Shown here: positions 16,997-27,600 of the stretch, piece after piece
Position numbering within the stretch: the stretch's first letter is position 1
Layout: every line of letters begins with the position of its first letter
DNA from: Bacteroidales bacterium
Lineage (GTDB): Bacteria; Bacteroidota; Bacteroidia; Bacteroidales; JACABE01
NCBI GenBank assembly: GCA_038204725.1
Contig: JBBRCQ010000006.1
Coordinates: forward strand, 3,638 to 67,637
DNA: 64,000 nt
Direction: 5' to 3'
Made by a program: the position numbers and the translations under genes
The notes under the pieces: model-generated
Told to the model about the DNA's origin: nothing
What the model saw: only the letters and a program-made list of their open reading frames with translations
Database searches by the model: none

Positions 16997-18370
16997 CTAT
17001 ATTTTTTCCATTTCTACTGTAAAATGTCTCATGATAGGCGCTTCAAAAACAATAGCAAGTCCTTTGATGATTTTATCGCGGCGATCAAATACATTTTTAA
17101 GGGCTACCGCAATTACATCCATGTGATTATTGGTATAAACACGGCGAGGAATTGCCAAACGCAAGAATTCCAGCTCAGGATAACGATTGATGCGTGTAAC
17201 AGGATCGCGGTCGGCCAACAAAGTGCCAATTTCAACGCCACGGATACCCGCTTCAAGATACAACTCTATACCTAAAGTTTGTGCAACATATTGTTCTTTT
17301 GGAAGATTGGGAAGTATTTTTTTAGCATCCACAAAAATGGCATGTCCGCCAACTGGTTTCTGGAAAGGAATACCAAATTCCTCTAATCTTCCTCCCAGGT
17401 ATTCTACTTGTTTGATACGTGTTTCAAGGTAATCAAATTCGGTACCTTCATCTAATCCTTGTGCCAATGCATTCATATCTCTTCCCGACATACCACCATA
17501 GGTAATATATCCTTCAAACATAATATTGAAAACACTTGCTTTACGAAACAAATCAGGATCGCGCATGCCAATAAAACCGCCCATATTTACAATTGCATCT
17601 TTCTTGCTGCTCATGGTCATTGCGTCAGCATACGAAAACATTTCTTTTACAATTTCTTTAATGGTTTTGTTTTCGTACCCTTTTTCACGTATTTTGATGA
17701 AATAGGCATTTTCTGCAAAACGGGCTGAATCAAAAACAACCATCTTTCCGTATTTGTCAGCCATCTTTCTTATGTCTCTCAGGTTTTGCATCGAAACAGG
17801 TTGTCCACCCGAAGAGTTGCACGTTACCGTAACAATGATAAAAGGAACCTGATCAGCTACTGATTTAAGAACGTTTTCTAGTTTTACAAGGTCAACATTC
17901 CCTTTAAAAGGATGTATCAATTCTGTAATGAAAGCTTCGTCAATGGTGCAATCTACGGCTTTAGCCTTGCGAAATTCGATATGACCTTTGGTAGTGTCGA
18001 AATGTGAATTGCCTGGAACCACATCGCCTTCGCTTACCAAAACCGAAAACAAAACATTTTCGGCAGCTCTGCCTTGATGTGTGGGTAAAAAATATTCGAA
18101 ACCGAGTATTTTCTCGATGGCATCTTTCATTAGAAAATAAGAAGAAGCACCTGCATAGCTTTCGTCGCCGAGCATCATCTGGCTCCATTGGCGGTCGCTC
18201 ATGGCACCTGTTCCTGAATCGGTAAGTAAATCAATATATACCTGTTCACTTTTTAAGTTAAAAAGGTTATATTTTGCTTCCTTTATCCATTTTTCTCTTT
18301 GTTCTCTTGTACTTCTTTTGATGGGTTCAACCATCTTTATTTTATAGGATTCTGCAAATGGTAAATTCAT
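16997..18370 (-). CDS. tnaA: tryptophanase / tyrosine phenol-lyase family beta-eliminating lyase (most likely tryptophanase)
   Basis: PFAESYKIKMVEPI...IDLLTDSGTGAMSDRQW..MMLGDESYAG and the PLP-lysine context MSSKKDAIVNMGGF. 457 aa. Trp versus Tyr specificity cannot be decided by eye. Confidence 0.75.
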   Translation of the reverse strand: MNLPFAESYKIKMVEPIKRSTREQREKWIKEAKYNLFNLKSEQVYIDLLTDSGTGAMSDRQWSQMMLGDESYAGASSYFLMKDAIEKILGFEYFLPTHQGRAAENVLFSVLVSEGDVVPGNSHFDTTKGHIEFRKAKAVDCTIDEAFITELIHPFKGNVDLVKLENVLKSVADQVPFIIVTVTCNSSGGQPVSMQNLRDIRKMADKYGKMVVFDSARFAENAYFIKIREKGYENKTIKEIVKEMFSYADAMTMSSKKDAIVNMGGFIGMRDPDLFRKASVFNIMFEGYITYGGMSGRDMNALAQGLDEGTEFDYLETRIKQVEYLGGRLEEFGIPFQKPVGGHAIFVDAKKILPNLPKEQYVAQTLGIELYLEAGIRGVEIGTLLADRDPVTRINRYPELEFLRLAIPRRVYTNNHMDVIAVALKNVFDRRDKIIKGLAIVFEAPIMRHFTVEMEKI

Positions 18371-18789
18371 TGTGTATAGGTTTTATTTAATTGTAATTGA
18401 ATAAAATATTATGTAAATTGCTAATGGGAAGGCGTTTAAAGGACAAAGCTATCTCTGTTCTTAATATTTAAGATTCGATTTTTTTTCGGTTGTCCGATTT
18501 TATATACACTATACATATGTATGATGAGAAAAATTATTATTGGCAAAATTAAATAAATTTTGGTTACAAAACACTTTTATTGATAAAAAACAATTATTTT
18601 CGCAGTATATATCAGTAATTGTAATGTCAAAAATAAAACAACCTGGTTAATTTATGAAGAACTGTAAATTAAACAAATAGCTATTCATTGCAGTTGATTA
18701 AGCTAACAAATACTTGTTGCTTAACGCTGCTTTTTAATTATTATTTTTAATGAGAACAAACAATTACGAAACTTCTAACATCTCAGAAA

Positions 18790-20058
18790 ATGAATAAAAT
18801 AATATTTCTTTTTTTGCTTTGCATTTCTTTCAATGGAATTGCACAATTCGACCGTTATTTTGAGGATAAATGTCTCAGAATAGATTATTTCCACTCCGGC
18901 AATTTTGAACATGAATATTACAGACCCGATGAGCTGATTGAAAAGCCAATATGGTCAGGATCAAAAGTTAATTTAGTTGATACTTTCGATTATGGTAATT
19001 TCAGGATAATGGTGTACGATACCCTTTCGGGACAGCTGATTTATTCGAGAGCCTTTTCAACGCTTTTTGCCGAATGGCGTACTACTTCCGAAGGGCTAGG
19101 AAGTTGTGGAAATTTTTCAGAAACTGTGTTGATCCCATATCCTAAAAAGGTGGTGAATGTTTTTTTTCAAAGCCGTGATTCATTGAGTCAATGGAAAAAT
19201 ATTGAAAATATGATTATTGATCCCGCTAAAGATGAAATATTGAAACCTAAAAAAAATGCGAATAAGGTTGTTGCCCTTCATTATGCTGGGAATGTTTCTG
19301 AAAAATTAGATATTGCGATTATTGCCGATGGATATGCCAAAGCAGATGAAGCGAAAATGATAAAAGATTTTGAAAGGTTTAAAAATTATATTTTAAAATT
19401 GCATCCTTTCGATAAAAATACTGATAAAATAAATATTTGGAGTGTTGCTACGCTATCTTCTGAATCAGGAATTTCTGATCCTAAAGATACTGTTGTCGTA
19501 AAAACTGTATTGGGTACAAGTTTCAATACGATTCAATCAGACCGTTATCTGATGACAATGGAGAACAAGACGTTGCACGATCAACTTGCCAATGTAGCTT
19601 ATGATCAGATTATCATCATGTGCAATACCACTAAATATGGGGGTGGAGGTATCTATAATTTTTATAGTACAGCAGCCGCAGGGAATTCCAGTGCCGAATT
19701 TTTGATACAACATGAATTTGGACATGCTTTTGCAGGTTTAGCTGACGAGTATTATACTTCCGAAGTAACTGTGGAAGATTTTTATCCACTGAGTATTGAA
19801 CCATGGGAACCCAATATTACTACGTTGGTAAATTTTAAATCAAAATGGGAAAATATGCTGGATGTAAATACAACCATTCCAACTGCTGTAGTAGCAGAAA
19901 ATATTAATAAAACAGGCGTATACGAAGGAGCCGGATATAAGAGCAAAGGTATTTACCGTCCCTATATAGAATGTACCATGAAATCAGTTCTTCCCAATGC
20001 TTTTTGTCCGGTTTGTCAACGAGCCATCCAATGGATGATAGATTTTTATGCAAAATAG
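18790..20058 (+). CDS. M64 family (IgA peptidase-like) zinc metallopeptidase
   Basis: Signal peptide. HEFGHAFAGLADEY zinc motif in the M64 context, with the N-terminal M64_N-like domain. Confidence 0.8.
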   Translation: MNKIIFLFLLCISFNGIAQFDRYFEDKCLRIDYFHSGNFEHEYYRPDELIEKPIWSGSKVNLVDTFDYGNFRIMVYDTLSGQLIYSRAFSTLFAEWRTTSEGLGSCGNFSETVLIPYPKKVVNVFFQSRDSLSQWKNIENMIIDPAKDEILKPKKNANKVVALHYAGNVSEKLDIAIIADGYAKADEAKMIKDFERFKNYILKLHPFDKNTDKINIWSVATLSSESGISDPKDTVVVKTVLGTSFNTIQSDRYLMTMENKTLHDQLANVAYDQIIIMCNTTKYGGGGIYNFYSTAAAGNSSAEFLIQHEFGHAFAGLADEYYTSEVTVEDFYPLSIEPWEPNITTLVNFKSKWENMLDVNTTIPTAVVAENINKTGVYEGAGYKSKGIYRPYIECTMKSVLPNAFCPVCQRAIQWMIDFYAK

Positions 20059-20157
20059 CCTATTGTATTATATGTCTTTACTCTGGTAATTTAAAAAAAC
20101 AGTGAAAAAATAAATAAAGTATTTATAAAAAATAGAGATTATCATCTAAAGTTTTCA

Positions 20158-20165
20158 TATTTTTG
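20158..20165 (+). promoter_or_regulatory. -7 box TATTTTTG upstream of the tRNA cluster
   Basis: Perfect TAnnTTTG, 22 nt before tRNA-Lys. Confidence 0.45.
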
Positions 20166-20186
20166 CATCCCCTTATAAAATAAGGA

Positions 20187-20259
20187 CTCTCCGTAGCTCA
20201 GCTGGTAGAGCAATTGACTCTTAATCAATGGGTCGTGGGTTCGATTCCCGCCGGGGAGA
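20187..20259 (+). tRNA. tRNA-Lys (anticodon CTT)
   Basis: Folded by hand: acceptor CTCTCCG/CGGGGAG, D-arm GCTC AGCTGGTA GAGC, anticodon stem ATTGA/TCAAT with loop CTCTTAA, T-arm GTGGG TTCGATT CCCGC. Ends are +/-2 nt. Confidence 0.85.
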
Positions 20260-20343
20260 CATCATGTATGAAAAATAACTCAACTTGCAGAACAAAGCCG
20301 ATGGTTGCACTTTCGGCTTTCATCCTGTAATTGAGGGATGTTT

Positions 20344-20417
20344 CGGGATGTAGCGCAGTCTGGTAGCGTACCACGTTCGGGACGTGGGGGTCGGAAGTTC
20401 GAATCTTCTCATCCCGA
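20344..20417 (+). tRNA. tRNA-Pro (anticodon CGG)
   Basis: Acceptor CGGGATG/CATCCCG, anticodon stem CCACG/CGTGG with loop TTCGGGA, T-arm GGAAG TTCGAAT CTTCT. Confidence 0.9.
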
Positions 20418-20462
20418 CAATAAAACCGTAAGAACCAATTATTGTTGGTTTTGATTTAAATC

Positions 20463-20535
<73 letters not shown>

Positions 20536-20713
20536 CACAAAATACCTCTCCAATCCTCATTTTTTTTAATTCTAAAATCGTTAATCGTTACAGCTTTCTT
20601 TCGATCTCCCTTAAAGAAGATAAGTAAAAAAGCAAAAACTTGTAATGGCATATCATTTTCAAATCGCAAAAAAACTCCCCAAATCCCCAAATCAAACATT
20701 TCCAAAAACAAAA

Positions 20714-20743
20714 TTTGATTTTAATTCAAAATTTGTATTTTTG
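20714..20743 (+). promoter_or_regulatory. consensus Bacteroidetes promoter TTTG-N18-TATTTTTG with no gene directly downstream
   Basis: TTTG at 20714-20717 and TATTTTTG at 20736-20743. The next + strand CDS (ruvA) starts 283 nt later. Confidence 0.5.
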
Positions 20744-21025
20744 CATACTGCTTTTATTCAGCTGATATGCTCAATATGATTGCATCCTTAAATAAATTAA
20801 GGATGGAAGTAGATGTTTGTAAGTTTCTTGCATGTTTGAATTTGATTCGCAAGCTGTTTCGTTTCATTGTTTGAATCTTTATTAATTGAAATAAAGTTTT
20901 TGCTAAGTTGTTAAGAAACAAAGCGTAAAATACAATTAATGAAAACTTAACAAATGATAACAAAGATTTTAATAACTGTGTTAAAAAAAATGTCCAAGGA
21001 TTAACAATTTAAATAATATTCTGTT

Positions 21026-21610
21026 ATGTATTCTTATTTTGAAGGCAAACTGCATGAAAAAACACCTACTTATGCCATTATTGACTGTAATGGAGTAGGT
21101 TATATGATTAATATTTCATTGCATACTTTTTCGAAAATTAAAGATGAAGAGAAATGCAGGTTGTATACCCATTTATCCATCAAAGAAGATGCACATACAT
21201 TGTACGGTTTTGCCGACAAGGAAGAAAGAACTTTGTTCCGTCATTTGATTAGTGTATCGGGTGTTGGGGCAAACACTGCACGCATGATGCTGTCATCGCT
21301 CTCGCCCGAAGAGATATTTCAGGCAATTGTTACAAACAATGTTTCTGTTCTTCAGTCTATTAAAGGAATAGGAACCAAGACAGCTCAACGGGTGATTCTT
21401 GATTTGAAAGATAAATTAGAAAAATTAGGGGGTGATAAAGAAATTTTATTTGTTGAACACAATACAAAACGCGAAGAAGCGTTATCTGCTTTAATCATGC
21501 TTGGTTTCAATAAAAACCTGGTCGAAAAGATGGTAGATAAAATCATTCGTTCCGAACCTGCTGCATTAACTGTGGAACAATTGATAAAGAGTGCTTTAAA
21601 AAGTTTATAA
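21026..21610 (+). CDS. ruvA: Holliday junction branch migration protein RuvA
   Basis: MYSYFEGKL......IIDCNGVGY N-terminus. HhH region SVSGVGANTARMMLS...IKGIGTKTAQRVILDLK. Confidence 0.9.
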   Translation: MYSYFEGKLHEKTPTYAIIDCNGVGYMINISLHTFSKIKDEEKCRLYTHLSIKEDAHTLYGFADKEERTLFRHLISVSGVGANTARMMLSSLSPEEIFQAIVTNNVSVLQSIKGIGTKTAQRVILDLKDKLEKLGGDKEILFVEHNTKREEALSALIMLGFNKNLVEKMVDKIIRSEPAALTVEQLIKSALKSL

Positions 21611-21668
21611 TCAACTAAGATGTAAGATTAAATTTCACACATTTACTATATAAAACCAAGAAATTTAG

Positions 21669-24600
21669 GTGCGGATATACAGGTATTTAATTAGTTTATT
21701 GTTTATTACTGCCTTTGTGGCTATTTTCTTTCAGCTACCAATGTTAAATGGTACGCCTGTAGGAGTAGGCTCTTTTATGTATTATCCCGAAATTATTCCG
21801 TTGAATCCACCAGACAGTAACTTGCGTTTTCCAATACCCAATACTACAGATCCTTTTACAGGGAACAAACCTCCTCATCCCATGTATCTGAATGAGCCTT
21901 CCAATGTGAGCGATTCGGTGGTGTATGATCCTATCAATAATGAATATATTTTTAACAGCAAAATGGGCAATCTGGATTACAGAACACCCAATTCAATGAG
22001 TTTTGAAGAATATCAGAACTATGATATGGATAAATCACTTCAGGGGTATTGGCGCGAACGTTCAAAATCAGCTAATAGCAGTAACAGAGGTGGCTTAATC
22101 CCTCAATTAAAAGTGGGTAGTGAGGTATTTGAAAAAATATTTGGGAGTAACACTATCGATATCCGCCCTCAAGGTTCTGCTGAACTTATTTTCGCAGTTA
22201 TTAACAACAAAAGAGATGATCCTTCGATTGATATAAAGCAAAGGAGTACAACTAATTTCGATTTTCAGGAAAAAATCCAGATGAGTGTAATTGCCAAAAT
22301 TGGTGATAAAATTGAATTTAAAACCAATTACAATACCGAATCGATGTTTGCTTTCGAAAACAAACTAAAATTACGTTACGAAGGCAAAGAGGACGAAATA
22401 CTTCAGTTGCTGGAAGCCGGAGATGTAAATCTTCCTTTGAATACTACATTAATACAAGGAAGCCAGAGTTTGTTCGGGATTAAATCGAAACTTAAATTCG
22501 GTAGAACTACAGTTACAACTGTTTTTTCCGAACAAAAAGCAGAAACCAAAAACATTACCGTTCAGGGTGGTGCCGAAACCAATACTTTTAATTTTAAAGC
22601 GGATCAGTACGAAGAAAATAAACATTTTTTTATTGCTCATTATTTTAGGAACAAATACAACAATGCGCTTTCAACTTTACCTATCATTGGTTCAAACATC
22701 AATATCACTAAAATTGAGGTTTGGCGTACCAATATAGGCGCTCCCACAACGAATAACCGAAATATTGTTGCTTTTACCGATCTGGGGGAAAATGCACCAT
22801 TCAATACAAATATAGTCGCCGGGAATCCCGGCAATGATCGTCCTTCAAACAATTCAAATACACTTACTAATTTGCTTGATACAGCACAGATAAGAAATAT
22901 TAATACAGTGAGTGCCTATTTGAATGGTGCTCCGCTTGGATATGTTTCCGGACAAGACTTTGAAAAAATTGAAAGTGCCAAAAAATTAATGCCCAGCGAA
23001 TATTATTTCAATGCGAAATTAGGTTTTATTTCACTCAATTCAGCCCTTAACTCCGATCAGGTACTGGCCATAGCTTTTCAATATAATATCATTGGCGATA
23101 CCACCAATTATCAGGTTGGTGAATTTTCGGATGAAGGGATTAATGACCCAAGCTCTTTGATTGTTAAATTGATAAAGAGTACAAACCTCAATACCCGTGG
23201 TCCTTTGTGGAAACTGATGATGAAAAATGTGTATTCATTAGGCGCTTATCAGGTAAATCAGCAGGATTTCAGATTAAATATTTTATATTCAGGTGACAAA
23301 GGAGGTGTTCCTACAGGTTATTTCAATGACGGACCCAAAAAAGGAATTTCGTTGATACGGTTGCTTCACCTTGATACAATGGATGCACAGATGAATCCAA
23401 CACCTGATGGCGTTTTCGATTTTATTGATAATGCCGCTACTTTAGGCGGAACTGTTCAAGCTAATAATGGTAGGATTTATATGCCTTTAATTGAGCCATT
23501 TGGAAAAGACCTGAGAGCTATTCTTGCAGATACATTTTATGCCTCCAAATATTGTTTCGATTCGTTGTATACTTTAACTAAAACGGAAGCGCAACAATAT
23601 CCCGATAAAAATAAATATTTACTGGAAGGTTTTTATAAATCAGCTTCCGGTTCCGAAATTTCATTAGGTGGATTCAATATTCCTCAGGGATCGGTTAAAG
23701 TTACTGCAGGAGGAATCCCTTTGACCGAAAATGTAGATTATACGGTAGATTATACACTGGGTAGAGTAAGAATTATCAACGAAGGTATTTTAAATTCAGG
23801 ATCTCCGATCAATATTTCGATGGAAAGCAATTCGATGTTCAATATCATGACCAAACGAATGATGGGTATGCATGCGAATTATGAAGTCAACAAAGATTTT
23901 AATATTGGTGGAACCATTATGAATCTGAGTCAAAGTCCTCTCACTCAAAAAGTAAATTATGGTGATGAGCCCATTAATAATACAATTTGGGGTTTAGATC
24001 TTGCCTACCAGACCGAATCGAGGTTTTTAACCAAAATGATTGATGCTTTGCCTTTTTTTCAAACCAAAGTTCCTTCAAAAATTAATTTCTACAGTGAATT
24101 TGCTCATTTTATTCCGGGCCATTCCAGTGCGATTGGTGCTACTGGAACATCCTATATTGATGACTTTGAAGGAAGCAAGTCGTCACTGGATATGAAAAAT
24201 ATTGGAAACTGGTTTTTGGCCAGTACGCCACAAGGACAAACACAGGCTGGTATGTTTCCCGAAGCTGCACAGGGAATAAAACTTGACTATGGATTCAATA
24301 GGGCTAAACTTGCCTGGTATGTGATTGATCCTATTTTTTATCGTTCAGAAGCCAGACCTTCAAATGTGACCAAGGAAGATATTTCGAAACCCTATGTAAG
24401 AGAAGTGTATGAAACAGAAGTATTCCCAAATAAAGAGCTGCCAAGCGGTCAACCCAGTAATATTTCGGTACTTAATTTAGCATTTTATCCAACCGAAAGA
24501 GGGCCATATAATTATGATGTAAATGGTATCGCAGGCATTTCAACGGGCTTAAATGCTGATGGTAGCTTGAGAAATCCAGATCAGCGATGGGCCGGTATCA

Positions 24601-27600
24601 TGCGAAAAATTGAAACTACCGATTTTGAAGCTACCAATGTTGAATACATTGAATTTTGGATGATGGATCCTTTTATTGAAAATCCAACACATGCCGGTGG
24701 TCAGTTGTATTTTAATCTGGGCGATATTTCGGAAGATATTTTGAATGATGGAAGGAAAAGTTTTGAAAATGGACTTCCTACTTCGTCTGTTGTTACGAAT
24801 GTTGATACTACTATATGGGGAAGGGTACCCAAACTGCAGGCACTTGTTAATTCTTTCGACAACAATGCATCCTCTCGTCAGTTTCAGGATGTTGGGTACG
24901 ATGGATTAAATACTGCGGATGAACTTACATTTTTCGATACGGCTTATATTCAAAAAATTCTGACTTTTCTGGGTCCTTCTTCACAGGCATATCTCAATGC
25001 AGTAGCTGACCCTTCTGCAGATAATTATCACTATTTCAGAGGATCTGATTTTGACCAAAATCCACTTTATGCAGATATTGTAGAAAGATACAAAAGATAC
25101 AACGGACCCGATGGCAACTCACCTACTTCTGATCAAAGTACAGAGAGTTATCCTACCAATGCTACCACCATGCCCAATGTGGAAGATATTAATATTGATA
25201 ACACACTGAGTGAATCAGAAAATTATTTTCAATATGTAATTGATCTGAAACCCAATAAAATGGAAGTTGGTCAAAACTTTATTACAGATATTAATTTTGC
25301 TCAAGGTGTTAGATTACCCAATGGCGGAACTACCAATGTAAAATGGTATCAGTTCAAAATTCCGTTACGTACACCTGATAAAACTGTTGGGAAAATACAA
25401 AATTTTCAGTCGATCCGTTTTATGAGAATGTTTTTAAAAGGCTTTTCTCAATCTATAGTATGTAGGTTTGCCACGTTGGAACTGGTTAGAGGAGAATGGA
25501 GAAAATACAACAATCAGTTATTAACACCTGGTGATTACATCCCAGGCGATCAATCGGGTACAACTTTTGATGTTTCAGCAGTGAATATCGAGGAAAACGG
25601 GAAAAGAACTCCTATTCCTTATGTAATCCCTCCTGGCATCGAACGTGAAATTAATAATACAACTACCAATCTTCAGAAACTTAACGAACAATCGTTGAGT
25701 ATGAAAGTCATCAATTTGGTTGATGGTGATGCAAGGGCTATTTATAAAACAACCGATTTTGATTTCCGACAGTTTAAGAAATTAAAAATGTATGTGCATG
25801 CCGAAAAAGCAAAAGTAGATGAAGATGTTAAATACGGCGAATTAACTACATTTATCCGTTTAGGATCCGATTTTACACAAAACTATTACGAAATAGAAGT
25901 TCCGCTGATATTCACAACATGGGGTACTTCATCATTGGAACCATCCGCTATATGGCCGGATGATAATGAAATGATAGTTGATCTTATAAAATTAGTGGCT
26001 GTAAAAGAAAGACGGAATCAATTAGTAAGAGCCGGTAATGCAAATGCTACCAATTATTATGTAGAAACGGATGGCAAATACAGATATACGGTTGTTGGGT
26101 CTCCAAGTATCAGTAATGTAAACACTTTAATGATCGGGCTCAGAAACCCTAAAAAAAGATCGCTGCTCGATGCGGATGACATGCTGCCTAAGTCAGCTGA
26201 AGTATGGGTGAATGAATTACGGTTAACCGACTTTAATGATCGTACCGGCTGGGCTGCCACCTCAAGAGTAAGGGCTAATCTCGCCGATCTGGGAGATGTT
26301 GCACTATCAGGAACTTATTCAACTGCAGGATTTGGAAGTATTGAGAAAAAAATAAACGAAACACAAAAAGAAAATATAACCTCTTATGATATTGCAACTA
26401 ATATTGAACTTGGCAAATTCTTCCCTGAAAAAATAGGACTGAAAATCCCCATGCATTATGACTATTCAAAATCAATCAGCAATCCTGAATACAATCCTTT
26501 GGATCCTGACGTAAAGCTGGCGGATGATTTGGAAACCTATCAGTCAGAAAGTCAAAAAGATTCTATAAGACAACTGGTTCAGGATTATACTACCCGGAAG
26601 AACCTCAATTTTATGAATGTCAGGAAAGAAAGAACAGGTGCTTCTACTAAAAACAGAGTATATGATGTCGAAAATCTCGATATTTCTTATTCTTATTCAG
26701 AGATATATAGAAGAAATATTGACATTGAATACGATGTAAAAAAAATATACAGAGGTGGATTAGGATATAATTTTGCCAATATTCCAAAAAATGTAAGACC
26801 TTTCGAAAAAATAAGATTCATCAGTAAATACAAGGTTTTTTCGCTGGTCAAGGCTTTCAACTTTCAATATTCACCTAAGTTGATGTCGTTCAGAACTGAA
26901 ATGACACGGGAGTATAACGAAAACAAACTGCGTAACAAAAGTGCAGGTTTAATTCTGCTTGAACCAACCTATTTCAAAAAGTTTGAATGGAGTCGAATCT
27001 ATGGATTCAGATATGATCCTGCTTCTTCTTTGCAGTTGGAATACAATGCTACTGCTAATGCTACCATTGATGAACCTCAGGGACGTATTGATACCAAAGA
27101 AAAAAAGGATTCTGTTTGGAGTAATATCCTGGATCTGGGTCGCCCACAACGATTCAATCAAAATATCAATATCAGCTATGCAATACCCATTAATAAAATG
27201 CCAATTTTTAACTGGTTGACTGCCCAGGCCCGTTATGGTGCTGATTATAGATGGGAAGCTTCGCCACTTTCATTGCAGAAAAGATTGGGTAATACTATTG
27301 AGAACAATAATACCAAACAATTAAATTTGAGTGTTGCTGTTACGAGTATCTTTAACAAGATTAAATATTTAGAAAATCTTAATAAAAGCAGTCAACCATC
27401 CCGTACACCTGTGATGCCCAACAGAAGAGGCAGAGCTAATATGCAAAACGAAATGCCAGTAGAAACATCTGCTGATAATGATAGTATAAAAAAGAAAACC
27501 AATTATTTTAAAGAAATAGGGGATGGGGTATTAAGGTTTATTATGGGTTTCAAAACTGCATCCATTAGTTTTACAGAAAACAATGGGATACTATTACCCG

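Noticed and set aside
18371-18560. A TnaC-like leader peptide upstream of the tryptophanase-family gene.
   Set aside because: The only small ORF (MYSVYKIGQPKKNRILNIKNRDSFVL, by hand) has no Trp codon and no adjacent rho-utilisation or pause features, so there is no support for attenuation.
20754-20963. 69-aa minus-strand ORF upstream of ruvA.
   Set aside because: AT-rich with no recognisable features, and antisense to a consensus promoter. Treated as non-coding (see the small-RNA candidate).
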